DNA from: Octopus bimaculoides
Taxonomy: Eukaryota
Assembly: GCF_001194135.2 (NCBI RefSeq)
Contig: NC_068994.1
Coordinates: 34,400,727-34,460,854, forward strand
Direction: 5' to 3'
Length of the DNA stretch: 60,128 nt
Both the position numbers and the translations under genes were made by a program. Below, piece after piece: positions 11,916-25,575 of this stretch. The notes below the pieces were generated by a model. That model made no database searches. It saw only the letters and a list, made by a program, of their open reading frames with translations, and was not told the DNA's origin. The number at the start of each line of letters is the position of its first letter. Position 1 is the first letter of the stretch.

Positions 11916-13157
11916 GAAGGAAATGGTCAGCACCACAACTAACAACTTTTTCCATATAGATTATCTTATAACACATGTATTTCTAAAGCTGAAACTAGTG
12001 AAAGGTGTAGTACACAAAACACACAAACCTCCTTCCATAGAATATATGCAAATTCGTTTTGGACAATTTCCTTTTTCAAAGTAGTGTTTAGAGTGGAAAG
12101 AAAAGAGGGGAGACAAGGAAAAACCAAGAGAAGAAAGAAATGAACAATGCTGGAAAAATACCCATGTAGGACTGTCCATGTGGAACTGACCTACACGAAG
12201 CTGAGAGCATTTCTTGCAGTTGCTGTGTATAAAAAAAAAACAAACATATACACATATATGCAATATATATCACCCTACCCATGAGTGCTTTTTCGATAGC
12301 TTTGAGTGAAACGCTAGTCACACATAACCTACTGATGATGGGATAAGAACTATTGCTCATGTATTATAAAGCATAGGCCAAAGGAACTAAGATACTGGTG
12401 ATGTGATACGGACCACAGGTTAAATGTTATGAACCAATGATCACATGATAAAAACCACTGACATCTTGGTTGCTTATCCGATACACAACCATCTCTCTCT
12501 CTCAGTTCTCTCAATGACCTTGAGTCTAGTCAAAAGAAACTAATATAATATATTCTATTGGTTATCTTTTGCATAAGTTAAGCCTAATTTGTCCTCGCTT
12601 TTATGGCTAACATCATTATTACTGACAAATACAGTACAGTATATGTAAATTAATTACCAACTTATTTTGATGAGAGGGCAATAAAACACGTACACACACA
12701 CACCTCTACGCCTCTCATAATACACCATGCTCATTAATTCATGTGTGTATGTATATGAGTTAATATATGTGAAAGTTTTTTGTGTGTGTGTATATATGTT
12801 TGTGTATGCTTTATCATGTATGCCTGTATGAATGTGTATACATACCACTTGAAGTACACATAGAAAGTTTTAATGTAGTCAATTTTCTAATGTATATATT
12901 TTGTATGAATTCATAATCACACACGCACACACACACACACACACACACAGAGTTAATCTTGTCTCAGACATAAACGTAGGGTTTCATAATTTCAGTCAAC
13001 AACAGTAGAACCTATATACACAGCAGTCAGTTAGCCATATGAATATATTCACAAGCAAATATTGTATATCATAAAAAGTGTGTGTGTGTGTGTGAGGCTA
13101 TATGCAATTGTATCATATGCAAATACAATTCTGTATGTATGTGCACGTGTGTATGTA

Positions 13158-13193
<36 letters not shown>

Positions 13194-13418
13194 CACACAC
13201 ATATATACACCCACGTCATTTAGTTATTCATGCATTTACAGTATAATTTTTTTTAGTTGTCATATTGATTCATAGTAAAAATTCTGAACTTTTTCATCAA
13301 ACTGTTTCAATATGAATATATGATGAGGTAAACAGACATACCATATACATTCATATAAACATGCACATATATACGCAGCCACACTATATACATATGCGTG
13401 TGAATGTGTATGTGTGTG

Positions 13419-13425
<7 letters not shown>

Positions 13426-13483
<58 letters not shown>
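13426..13483. repeat. Long (TA)n microsatellite (representative of dozens)
   Basis: Uninterrupted TA run. Confidence 0.95.
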
Positions 13484-13485
<2 letters not shown>

Positions 13486-15377
13486 CTTTTAAAATATGTT
13501 TTTGTAATTGTAAAAACTATGAACATTAATTGAAATAGTTTCACTCCAAGAACAGCCAATGTTATTAATAATTTTATTGACAGTGACTTCGAAACTGCCA
13601 GTAGTTGGCATCATAATAGTGTACGTGTGAATATACTAGATGCTAGATTTCTTTTCTTTTTATGAGATGCTAGATTTTGTTTTTTCTATATTTTTAGTAA
13701 CGAAAGTAAGTGGTTTCAATCTCTCTCCAATAATTTGGAAGAAAGACTGAAAATAGACAGCCTCAGTTTTTAGAATAAAAAGGCTGCAAAATGTTTCATG
13801 TATATGTAGTCATATGACTGTATACAATGTAGCAATAAATGGTAATGATTGTAAAAGTTTAGTGAATGTCCAGCTAAGATCTATGGTTATAGGTATTCCT
13901 TCCATAAGCATTCTGTCTATTTAGGGTTATGCTGAGTGTTTGTCTGATGTGTCTGCTTTTATGATAAGGGTATAAATTGAGATTTCACAGGTAGGAGGAC
14001 TAGGTAGAGGTTTCTGCTTTGATTATGGGTATGAGTCATTAGGGGCTGACATATGAGGCTAAACAAAAACTTAATGGGTTTGAAAGACTATTTGTAGTCA
14101 CTGCCTGTGTTCCTTGGGTTAGATAATAAAACAACTGCAGCTGTTGTTGTTTAGTATGAAGATGACCTTAATTGAATAAACCTGTGATCAAAAGAATTCT
14201 AGCTTTGACCATTCATTGAATTGGAAGAATTGTTAGAGAGAAGTGAGAGGTGCTATGTGGTGCCTGTTCTAGCTATTTAAATTTGAACAGCAATGCCTGC
14301 ATGCACATTGGTCTTAAGCTGTATCAGTATAAGTCAGCAGCCGTTTCCCTGAATAAATATTGAAAGGGTAAAGAAGAAAGATTTGGTTGTATGGGGGAAA
14401 GGCCAGACTCCTTTAAAAAATCTTGACTAGGCCAGTGCATACATGCATAATCAACCTTGACAGACAGCAGCCTTATATATAGTTTTTACTATTGTCCTTC
14501 TCTTACATACATACTCTTTTTCTCACATTACTAACTTTATCATTCATTGTAATTTTTTTTCGTCTCTGAGCTATTGTTTCAATGGAAAAATAGATCTTTT
14601 GGATCAATATGTAATCAAAAAGAAGTACTAAAATTCTGTTATATATTTTCCTTCATTCAATTTATTTCCGTTTTTCTTATGCTAGCATTGGCTAGACAAA
14701 TATGGAGGTATTACACCTGGTTGCCCTTCCTGTCAATAACCCTTACTTGCTGTTTTTCAACTAAGATTTTTCATTCCACTCTTCTTTGAAGGCTCAGAGC
14801 TAGTGGATAATTTTATTTTCAGCGAATGTCAATAAAACATCACCATTTGTAGCTCGGTGCTTTTTTTTTATGCGATGTGCAAAATGCAAACATTCACCCA
14901 GATGCAAACACATGCATATGCATGATATATACCACCATTTTAATCTTTACAGTCCCATATTTTGTGTAAGTCTGATGGAATTTGCTGCTGCAGATTTTTC
15001 TATGGTTAGATTCACTTCTTGTGGCCAACCTTCATTTGTTTCCAAACAATGTAATATTTTCCCATTGTTAGAAATTCTTTTATGGAAAACTGGAAGTGAA
15101 TAACATCTTTTGTATAACAGTGACACTCACTTAAAACTTAGGATGTCCAAAACAAAGACATTCACATACGATAGGTTTTCATACAATTTACATTTACCAA
15201 GTTAATTCAAGACATTGTTTGGTGATGAACTACAGTGGTATGCAATAGGACTGAATTTGAAACCACATGGTTGAGAAGTGAACTTGTCAATAAAATAGTC
15301 ATGCTTGCACCTATAATATACACATACATTCACTATGCATATTTCTTAACAATTTATATTAGTAAGAAAATGAAAAC

Positions 15378-15495
15378 ATAAGTGCAGGCATGACTGTATA
15401 GTAAGAAGCTCCCTTCCAAACATGGTTCTGGGTAAGTCCCACTGCATGGCACCTTGGGCAAATGTCTTCTATTGTAGCCTCAGGCCAACCAAAAG
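15378..15495 (+). mobile_element. Family A SINE head
   Basis: CATAAGTGCAGGCATGACTG...GTCCCACTGCATGGCACCTTGGGCAAATG. Confidence 0.75.
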
Positions 15496-15509
15496 ACAAA
15501 TGTAATACT

Positions 15510-15720
15510 TATTTACTCTTTTACTTGTTTCAGTCATTTGAATGCGGCCATACTGGAGCACCGCCTTTAGTCGAACAAATCGACCCCAGGACTTATTCTT
15601 TGGAAGCCTAGTACTTATTCCAGTTGTGACCTTCNNNNNNNNNNAGCACCGCCTTTAGTCGAACAAATCGACCCCAGGACTTATTCTTTGGAAGCCTAGT
15701 ACTTATTCCAGTTGTGACCT
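15510..15720 (-). mobile_element. Family A SINE tail, with a 78 bp segment duplicated across a 10-N gap
   Basis: TACTCTTTTACTTGTTTCAGTCATTTG...CGACCCCAGGACTTATTC; 15,557-15,634 is repeated at 15,645-15,722. Confidence 0.8.
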
Positions 15721-16302
15721 TCTCATCATTTACATATCTCATGTATATAGGTATTTATTATTTCAACGTGCCCATTAAGATGTCCTTTATTTATAGATTT
15801 GATTGTAGGGTAATGTGGTTGTTATTTCTAGTAGATCAAATAACCACCTAAAGGCTCTGTGCTTTAATCCTCTCATGTTATTACACCTCATCAGATAGAT
15901 ATATTATCTGATCAAAAGATGTTCTTGTCATGACTACCTGGTCATTTTTTTTTTTTTTTTTCCAGTGAATTAAGAATTACATTATCCAATGTGTCTACTT
16001 TACAGGGGAAAATAGCAGGACATAATTTTATAGAAATTTGGTTATTATTCTGAGCAGATTGAGAAAAATTTCTTTGTTTCCTCAACTTGCCTTGTAATAC
16101 TCCGCCCTGATAGTAGACTAGTACTTTATTTTAATAAAAGGTACTTTATTTTAAACAAGTAAGTTTCATTTACTGACATACCAGTTACTAAGTATACTTT
16201 ATAATGTGTTTTATAGTAGTGTCTATGGATATCACCTTTTCACACAGTACACCTGTGCATGGTAAGAATTTGTCACCAAGCAGATATGATCTGATATGTA
16301 GT

Positions 16303-16378
16303 GGGTAGTTTAGCTTAATCGGTCAAAGCATCATGACATGTAATCACGGGGATGTGAGTTCGAGTCCACAGCTAGCCA
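16303..16378 (+). pseudogene. tRNA-Thr(TGT)-like sequence, degenerate, followed by a T6 Pol III terminator
   Basis: Acceptor GGGTAGTT/AGCTAGCC, D arm GCTT-AATCGGTCA-AAGC, anticodon arm CATGA-CATGTAA-TCACG, T arm GTGAG-TTCGAGT-CCAC. It has U33 to A, one anticodon-stem mismatch and a 1-nt T-stem deletion. Confidence 0.65.
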
Positions 16379-19019
16379 CCTACACTTTTTTCTGCAAAAT
16401 AGGGGTAGTTTATCCTGTTCAGGCTATATTATTAGCATTATTCTGCGATTGAGAATTTAAAATCACTTCTTTAACTTTCTAGAAAAGACATCTCAACGCT
16501 TCTAAAAGCAAACTTCGTTTGTTTATTTACGTTTGTCGTAATTTGAATTTATGATATTATTACACTTTAATTGCAATGATGAGTTAGAAATATTTCTATA
16601 TACAGAATCCCTGTTATTCAATCTGATTAGGGTGGTTGCTANNNNNNNNNNNNNNNNNNNNNNNNNNNNNNNNNNNNNNNNNNNNNNNNNNNNNNNNNNN
16701 NNNNNNNNNNNNNNNNNNNNNNNNNNNNNNNNNNNNNNNNNNNNNNNNNNNNNNNNNNNNNNNNNNNNNNNNNNNNNNNNNNNNNNNNNNNNNNNNNNNN
16801 NNNNNNNNNNNNNNNNNNNNNNNNNNNNNNNNNNNNNNNNNNNNNNNNNNNNNNNNNNNNNNNNNNNNNNNNNNNNNNNNNNNNNNNNNNNNNNNNNNNN
16901 NNNNNNNNNNNNNNNNNNNNNNNNNNNNNNNNNNNNNNNNNNNNNNNNNNNNNNNNNNNNNNNNNNNNNNNNNNNNNNNNNNNNNNNNNNNNNNNNNNNN
17001 NNNNNNNNNNNNNNNNNNNNNNNNNNNNNNNNNNNNNNNNNNNNNNNNNNNNNNNNNNNNNNNNNNNNNNNNNNNNNNNNNNNNNNNNNNNNNNNNNNNN
17101 NNNNNNNNNNNNNNNNNNNNNNNNNNNNNNNNNNNNNNNNNNNNNNNNNNNNNNNNNNNNNNNNNNNNNNNNNNNNNNNNNNNNNNNNNNNNNNNNNNNN
17201 NNNNNNNNNNNNNNNNNNNNNNNNNNNNNNNNNNNNNNNNNNNNNNNNNNNNNNTATATATATATATATATATATGCATGTATGTGTTATTGTTATCTTC
17301 TACATTTATTAAAAAGAGAGAATTTAATAATGAGAACAACAGTGGTGGTGACAGTGATGGTGGTGGTGGTGATGATGAGAAAAAGGGAGCGGATAATAGT
17401 AAACAATGAAACAAATATTTTCCCATAGTTTATTGTCACCATTCTGCAATAAGAAACAGTGTGGGTGGGTGGTTGTGTATATATATGAAGTATACACACA
17501 CTCATACAATGTAATTCTATATAACACGTACACACATATATACATACATGACTATGCAAATAATATATCATGCTGGCTAAACTGTATCTTTGGCAAATCT
17601 GTAAATTGGTATTGAAAAAGGAAGTCAAGAGAGAAAGAGGTGCCAGAGAGAGGAAATTAAGAAATAAGGACATATTGATAGATAGATAGATAGATAGATA
17701 GATAAGTGGATAAATAGGGAAAAAGATAGAAAGAATATGAAAGGTAGGTAGGTAAATAGATAGCTAGGAAAACAGATTGGTAGATAGAAAAATAAAGAAT
17801 GCATGAGAGAGAAAGGAAGACAGATTCATAGAAAGCAAGAAAAAATGGTAGAAATAGAGAAATTCATTGTGAATTGAATGTATGTATGTATGTAAGAATG
17901 TATATGTATATATGTGTATGCGTGTTTAATTATATGTACATCTTTAAACGTATGTATACGTGTTTGAATATTTGTGTGTATGCATGTTTGGTTATTTGTA
18001 TGTGTATAAATGTATGTATNNNNNNNNNNNNNNNNNNNNNNNNNNNNNNNNNNNNNNNNNNNNNNNNNNNNNNNNNNNNNNNNNNNNNNNNNNNNNNNNN
18101 NNNNNTCATTGTGAATTGAATGTATGTATGTATGTAAGAATGTATATGTATATATGTGTATGCGTGTTTAATTATATGTACATCTTTAAACGTATGTATA
18201 CGTGTTTGAATATTTGTGTGTATGCATGTTTGGTTATTTGTATGTGTATAAATGTATGTATATGTATTTGAATATATGTGTATGTATGTATGTATGCTTG
18301 TATATCTATAAATGTATATAAGTATGCATGTATGTATATACAGTTTATTTATATTTCTTATGAAAACTAAACAAGTAATAGTGAAAATATGTTTAATATT
18401 GAGGTTTTTCCCTTGGTATTCTTGGCTTGTTTTTGTTTTGAAATTTAAAAGAAAAACCAAAATATATTTTATTTTATTGTTATTGTTTATTGATGTTTTT
18501 TCATTTATTTTTATTTACTCTAAGACAAGTTGGATAAAATAAATTATGATCATATAATGATGAATGCTGGCAAAAATTGTAAAACAAAATAGCATACAGC
18601 ACAGTATAAAGAAAAAAACAACCACATACACACATATACACACACGCAGAGAAATATATTCAAGAATGCCTAAAAATAAACCTGCATTGTTGCAGAAACC
18701 TATAGATATTCAACAAAAGTTGGATAAGGGGCTCAGAACAACAACAACAATAATAATAATAATAATAATAGTACAAATACTGAGGATACACTTTAGAGAC
18801 AATACAATGTTTAAAAAATCCTAGCAAAATGAGTTCAACAAAATATAAAATTAAAAATGCCATCTCTGCAATTGCATATGGCTGACACAGCACCATATCT
18901 AGCTTAACTGCCAGATTATTTTGGAGTAAAGCAAAATAAATATATGAAACAAAGAAACCAAAACACCTCTCTGCAAGACAAACAACTTTTCCTTATCAGG
19001 AATTCCGAAGTAATAATAG

Positions 19020-20235
19020 TTTCTATTATTGGCACAAGATATGAAACTTCGAAGGGAGAGGGTTAGTAGCCACTGTTGACCCCAGTACTTGACTGGTACT
19101 TTATTTTAGAAAATATAGAGATGGAAGAAATGCCATGCAAGGTATTTTGTTGTCCAATGCTCAAAAGATTCTGCTAATACACCACTCTTCTTATTAATAA
19201 TCATCATCATCATCAGGATAAGAAACCTTTTTTCTGTAACAAGGCCTAAACTTGGCAAGGGAGGGTGCTAGTCAATTACATTGACCCCAGTACTCAGCTG
19301 ATACTTATTGTGTTGACCCTGAAAGGGTGAAAGGTATAGTCAACCTCAGAAGAATTTGAACTCAGAATGCAAAGATGGATGAAAAGCCACTTAGCATTTT
19401 ATCTAGCATGCTAACAATTCTGCCAGCTCATCACAATAATAATAATGATCCTTTCCAAAGATGGCGGGTTTTACGTTTGAGTTCGAATACAGATGGGTGA
19501 AATACTGCTAAGCATTTTGCCCAGCATGCTTATGATTCTGCCAGCTAGCCACCATAATAATGATAATAATAACCCTTTCTTACTATAGGCACAAGGCCTG
19601 AAACTTTGAGGGAAGGGGCTAGTCGATTACATCAAACCCTGTGTTCAACTGGTACTTATTTCATTGATCATAGAAAGGATGAAGCACAAAGTCAACCTCG
19701 ATGGAATTTGAACTCATAACATACAGATGAAATATCGCTAAGAATTTGGCCCAGCATGCTAATGATTCTGCCAGTTCACTGCCTTATACAATAATGATGA
19801 TAATAATAATAGTTTAAAATTTTGGCACAAGGCCAGCAATTTCGAAGGAAGAGGGTCACTCAATTCCATCAACNNNNNNNNNNNNNNNNNNNNNNNNNNN
19901 NNNNNNNNNNNNNNNNNNNNNNNNNCTGAAAGGGTAAAAGGCCAAGTTGACTTCAATGGAATCTGAACTCAAGACAGATGGACAAAATGCCACTATTTTG
20001 TTCAGCATGCTCTGTTTAGCTCTGTTGAAAAGGTGGCAGCTCGCTGCCGTTTTTAACAATAATAATAATAATTCTTTCTACTATAGGCAAAAGGCCTGAA
20101 ATTTGGGGAGGTGGGTGTGGGGCTAGTTGATTGCATCAACACCAGTGCTTGACTGGTACTTAATTTTATGGATCCTGCAAAGATGAAATGCAAAGTTGAT
20201 CTCAGTGAGATTTGAACTAGAATGTAATATATAAG
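19020..20235 (-). mobile_element. Head-to-tail array of ~6 family B SINEs separated by (AAT)n/(ATC)n tails
   Basis: Repeated GGCACAAGGCC...GACCCCAGT...GTACTTATT...GAATTTGAACTC...GATTCTGCCAG units at ~19,021, 19,218, 19,490, 19,570, 19,812 and 20,072. Confidence 0.85.
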
Positions 20236-21057
20236 AAAAAAACTGGAGAATTGGAAATGATGGAAAATAGTATAAAGAAAAAGATACAAAACTGTTTTTC
20301 AATTTTTATCTTCATTCAATCTTTTTTTTTTTTTAATCTGTGTGAAGAACATGGAGGCAGAAATTAGAAGATTGAAAATAGAACCTGTTTGCACATGCTT
20401 ACCGATATTCCTGTATCAACAGGTTTTGTTTATGCTTCATATTAAGTTCCCCTGAGAATGTGCTATCTCTTTTTTTTTTTCATTATTGATTAAATGCTTC
20501 ATAAAAATTCAAAAACCTTATCATCTTTATTATCATAATTATTATTATTAACATCATTATTATTGCTATTGTTGTTAATATTTAGGATCCTTATATTTAT
20601 TGCATGCTTTCATCAAACTGTTCAATGCAGCTCTGCATGCTTTGGTTACAGGCAGTATTTTGTTGTGGTTTTACATTTTCCATTGTATTGCAAGTACTGT
20701 CTGTAATGTATGTACGGTGCTTAGCAGTACCATTCTCTCTATGTTATGTGCATATGTGTAAGTGGTGGAGTTTTAGTTCTGTTTTTGCTTTTATGTTTTT
20801 ATTAATTAATAAAGGTTCCCAAGGCACCTATCATTATAGTGAATGTAAGGACTGTTTTCTGTTTTCAATGCATACATTTTGGTTATCTCAATTTCTAGAT
20901 CTTTATATTTTGATAATCTTTCCATTTCTTTTTAAAGTACATTATCATCTGTTGGGACTGATACTTTTTGTTTTCTTGTGCTTTTAATTATGGTTATAGT
21001 TTAGCAGAAACATCAGAAAAAAAAATACTTGGCAGAATTTGCTCTAGTATTAAATGT

Positions 21058-21410
21058 TATCATCATCATCATTTAACATCCGTTGTCCATGCTGGAATGG
21101 GTTGGACAGTTTGACTGGGCTGGCACACTGGAAGGCTGCACCAGACTCCAATCTGATTTGGCATGGTTTTCTATGGCTGGATGCCCTTCCTAATGACAAC
21201 CACTTCAAGAGTGTAATGGGTCTTTTACACGCCACCAGTACAGGTGGCATTTGTGTGACACTGGGATGCTTTTATGTGACACCGGTATCTGTCACGACTG
21301 CAATTTTGCTTGGCTTGATGAGTCTTCTTCTCAAGCATGACATAATGCCAAAGGTTTTGGTCAATGCATCCATGAGACCCAAAGCTTAAAAGGTGTTCTT
21401 TATGTGCCAC
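21058..21410 (-). mobile_element. Family D SINE-like repeat with (GAT)n tail
   Basis: CATCATCATTTAACATCCG...CCATGCTGGAATGG...GGATGCCCTTCCTAATG is the reverse complement of 47,180-47,485. Confidence 0.75.
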
Positions 21411-21539
21411 TAGCACATTCTGAGTTCAAATTTCATTGAAATCCTTTTTGACTTTTATCTCACTGTGTCAATGAAATAAAGTACCAGTCAAGCACTGAGG
21501 TCAGTTATCAACTAACAACCTGCTCTTAAAATTACTATA

Positions 21540-21856
21540 GGCACAGGAGTGGCTGTGTGGTAAGTAGCTTGCTTACCAACCACATGGTTCCGGGTTCAGT
21601 CCCACTGCGTGGTACCTTGGGCAAGTGTCTTCTACTATAACCTTGGGCCGACCAAAGCCTTGTGAGTGGATTTGGTAGATGGAAACTGAAAGAAGCCCGT
21701 CGTATATATATGTATAGGTATATATATGTATATGTATATATATATGTGTGTGTTTGTGTGTCTGTGTTTGTCCCCCACCCCAAAAAACATCGCTTGACAA
21801 CCGATGCTGGTGTGTTTACATCCCCGTAACTTAGCAGTTCGGCAAAAGAGACCGAA
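21540..21856 (+). mobile_element. Young family A SINE, 3' truncated
   Basis: Near-consensus GGCACAGGAGTGGCTGTGTGGTAAGTAGCTTGC...GGCAAAAGAGACCGA. Confidence 0.9.
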
Positions 21857-21918
21857 GTGGGAGAGAGGAAAAGGAGAGAGAAGTCTCCATCATGTGAGGT
21901 AAAGGGAATGTAATTACT

Positions 21919-22304
21919 CTCTCTTTTACTCTTTTACTTGTTTCAGTCATTTGACTGCGGCTATGCTGGAGCACCACCTTTAGTCGAGCAAATCGAGCCC
22001 AGAACTTATTCTTTGTAAACCTAGTACTTATTTTATTGTTCCCTTTTTCTGAACCACTAAGTTACGGTGATGTAAACACACCAGCATCAGTTGTCAAGCG
22101 ATGTTGGGGGAACAAACACAGACACTCTAACACACACACACACACACACATATATATAAGATGGGCTTCTTTCAGTTTCCGTCTACCAAATCCACTCACA
22201 AGGCTTCGGTCGGCCCGAGGCTATAGTAGGAGACACTTGCCCAAGATACCACGCAGTGGGACTGAACCCGGAACCATGTGGTTGGTAAGCAAGCTACTTA
22301 CCAC
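21919..22304 (-). mobile_element. Young family A SINE, head running into a gap
   Basis: Reverse complement of the consensus from the tail to GGTAAGCAAGCTACTTACCAC. Confidence 0.9.
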
Positions 22305-23577
22305 NNNNNNNNNNNNNNNNNNNNNNNNNNNNNNNNNNNNNNNNNNNNNNNNNNNNNNNNNNNNNNNNNNNNNNNNNNNNNNNNNNNNNNNNNNNNNNNN
22401 NNNNNNNNNNNNNNNNNNNNNNNNNNNNNNNNNNNNNNNNNNNNNNNNNNNNNNNNNNNNNNNNNNNNNNNNNNNNNNNNNNNNNNNNNNNNNNNNNNNN
22501 NNNNNNNNNNNNNNNNNNNNNNNNNNNNNNNNNNNNNNNNNNNNNNNNNNNNNNNNNNNNNNNNNNNNNNNNNNNNNNNNNNNNNNNNNNNNNNNNNNNN
22601 NNNNNNNNNNNNNNNNNNNNNNNNNNNNNNNNNNNNNNNNNNNNNNNNNNNNNNNNNNNNTAAAGCTTGATACTTATTCTATTGGTCTCTTCTGCTGAAC
22701 AGGGACCTAAACACACCAACAGCAAGCAATGGTGGAGGACAAACAAAGACCTGTCTATATATATATACATATATTTTTGTTCTATGTGTGCCATAAATAT
22801 CGCCATCCGTTTAGAGAAAAATTTGTAGTTTAGAATCAGCAGTTCTTTGACTGCTATTTCTAAATTTTCAGTATGTTGGAGAAGCAACTCAATGCTAATC
22901 CCTGTATATTTATGATGATAAATGATTTTACCGATAAAGGTTTTTTCATACTGAACTACTTGGCAAAATTGTTAATTATTAATTCTATTATTAATTGACG
23001 ATTCCCTGCCCTTATTCTTGTATATTATATATATATATATATATATTATCATAAATGACAGAAATAATAGGATGGAATTTTATTTAAGAAGAAAATTCTA
23101 ATATCATGACAAATTATTTCGTAACTTAAAAACATGTAAATAATATGTATTAGTAATTTAATGATAAATAGATTACATACCTACAATAATGCAAAATGCA
23201 AAAAATACTTCAAAATAATGCAGAATTTAAGACATGTCTTCTTTCACCTGAGGTTGTAGCTTAAATTCTGTATTATTTTGAAGGATTTTTTTACATAAAT
23301 GCAGACAGGTAATTTATTTATTATTAAATATAATAATGTAAATTATTTACATGTTTTTAAGTTACAAAATAATTTGTCGTGATATTGGAATTTTCTTATT
23401 GTTAAATAAAATTTCATCAAGCTATTTCTGTCATTTGTGACTTATACAACTTACCATTTTCTCTTGTATTATACTATTCATACTATATATTCTATATGTT
23501 TTGTAGAATATATTAAGGAGCTTTTTTTTTTATGAGTTCTACCAGATTACATGAATTCATATATTGTGACTTAAATT

Positions 23578-23619
<42 letters not shown>

Positions 23620-23623
<4 letters not shown>

Positions 23624-24100
23624 GTGGGCTTCTTCCAGTTTCTGTGTGCCAAATCTCCATGCAAGGCATTGGTTGACATGAGGCTATAGTAGAAGACACT
23701 TGCTCAAGGTGGCAAGCAGTGGGACTGAACTCAGGCTCATGTGGTTGGGAAGCAAGCTTATTACCACTTCTAATTTAGGCACAAGCCCAGCATTTTTAGG
23801 AGAGATAGTTACACAATGACATGAAACAGTCAATATTTGGTTGGTATTCTGTTGACTCCTAAAAAGATGAGAAGGGCAAACTTGACTCAGTGGGATTTGA
23901 ACTTTCTACGTAAAAAGCCACAACAAATAGCAAGAATCATTTTGTTTGATACTCTAATGATTTCTGTTTGCCAGCATGCCGTCTTTTTAGATTAGAGTTC
24001 AAAGCCAGCTGGGACCAACTTAGCCTTTTTTGCTGTCTCTGGTCAGTAAATTAAGAATTAGTCAGGAATTAGGTTGATCTTAATAAATTATACTCCCCCC
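23620..24100. mobile_element. Degenerate family A (minus) and family B (minus and plus) SINE fragments
   Basis: GGGACTGAACTCAGG...GGAAGCAAGC, GGCACAAGCCCAG...TTTGAACT, and GAGTTCAAAG...CAACTTAGCC. Confidence 0.6.
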
Positions 24101-25039
24101 ACATCTTTCACACAAGTACACACACACACACACTAACATTGTGCCTATGTTAGAAATCAATATTAATAACTGCCTTCTTAAACAATTTTCTCTCTTAGCC
24201 AGTAGTCTCTTGTGACCATCTCTTGGAATATTCCCCGCCATTGAATATATTAGATCTGTTGCATAATGTGTAATGGTTTCGAGTAGAATTCTAGCATTAC
24301 CATCTACTGTGTCTAACATATTATATTCCAGTCCAATTCTGCAAAACCATACACTCTGGCTGGGACAGCTATATTAATATATTAATGGCACTGATGATGT
24401 TCTTGCTATTCAAATGAAAGTAGAGTTTTTATTTAGTTACTATTATTTTCTTTTAATTTATTACATCAACCCATTCATTTCTCATTTTCATTTGCATATA
24501 TTTCACATATGCAGTTTTGCTCTCTTCTTCTTTTCCTAAACACCAATGGAATGTAGAACTTTTGAGTTTCGCTTCCCGTATTATTATCCTCTCCTCTGGA
24601 GATTTGAAAACCATCTTTTTATTCGTAATTTATTTATTTATTTACATTTTATGTTGCATTTTGTAGATATTAGCATTGGCAACTACAGGTTCAACAATGG
24701 GTCGAGCAGAAGTTTGCTGCATTTATGATGGCAAAATTGGCTAGGGAGCCTAAGTCCATCCCAGACAGAACAAATACCACAGGAGCTTATTAATTACAAG
24801 CTGCTGATGTATCTCATCCTCATCATCTTTTTAAAGATGGAGTTTAATGAAGCAGATTTTCTATGTCCAGATGCCTTTCCTGTTGCCAACCCTCACGTTT
24901 CAAAGTAAGGTAATATTTCCCCACGGCCAGATATGTTTTCACAAAACATTGGAAATGAGGACATTCATTTAGAACAATTATGCAACGTTAAGATAAGGAG
25001 ACACAAACATATATTCTCACAGATGTGCATAAAGAAGCA

Positions 25040-25230
25040 TCAATCACTTAAAGGGGAGGTAAGTCATGAAAGAGGGAGACCCAGGAAGGCATGGGACAAA
25101 GTATTGAAGGCTGATCTCTTAATGTTAAGCCTTCTGAAGAAAATGACAGAGGACTAATAATACATGTGGCACATTGCTGTACTCAAACTGACCTGCCCAC
25201 CACAGCACAATTGATACCCCAAAACCGAGT
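25040..25230 (+). mobile_element. RTE-clade LINE 3' end fragment
   Basis: ORF 24,933-25,157 ends ERGRPRKAWDKVLKADLLMLSLLKKMTED, matching the RTE C-terminal GRPRKTW..V..DL...L...M..DR pattern. Confidence 0.7.
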
Positions 25231-25510
25231 TGTCATGTAAAAAGTGCTGGTGCTACATAAAAAGCACTGGTGCTGATGCTATGTAAAAGGTGCTGGTGTC
25301 ACATAAAATCTATTGCCACGTAAAAAGCACTGGTGAATGTACTATTTAAAAGCACCCAGTACACTCTGTAAAGCGGTTGACATTAGAAAGGGCATCCAGC
25401 TGTAGAAATTGAGCCAAAACAGACAATGGAACCTGTCAAGCCATTTGACAGGATAGAAAACTAGCATGCCAGCATAGAAAACTAAGATTAAATGTTGATG
25501 ATGATGATGT
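25230..25510 (+). mobile_element. Family D repeat with an internal ~22 bp tandem (AAAAAGYRCTGGTG) and (GAT)n tail
   Basis: Five or six AAAAGTGCTGGTG/AAAAGCACTGGTG units followed by GAAAGGGCATCCAGCTGTAG. Confidence 0.65.
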
Positions 25511-25526
25511 GTGTATATATACTCAT

Positions 25527-25574
<48 letters not shown>

Positions 25575-25575
<1 letters not shown>

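Noticed and set aside
12300-12350. GAAACGCTAGTC and CTGATGATGGG downstream of the PLE GIY-YIG as a hammerhead
   Set aside because: Half-motifs are in the expected region, but stems I and II cannot be formed in either topology.
13575-13800. Hairpins TGCCA/TGGCA and CAGCCT/AGGCTG with nearby GAAAC or CTGAAAA
   Set aside because: Core nucleotides are missing or on the wrong strand.
14935-15110. Minus-strand 46-codon open frame after an acceptor
   Set aside because: The sequence is a decayed family D repeat segment, similar to 24,880-24,960 and 53,520-53,630.
17866-18259. 154 bp direct repeat (also 15,557/15,645 and 49,044/49,193)
   Set aside because: Identical copies directly flank N-gaps, which is typical of unmerged contig overlaps.
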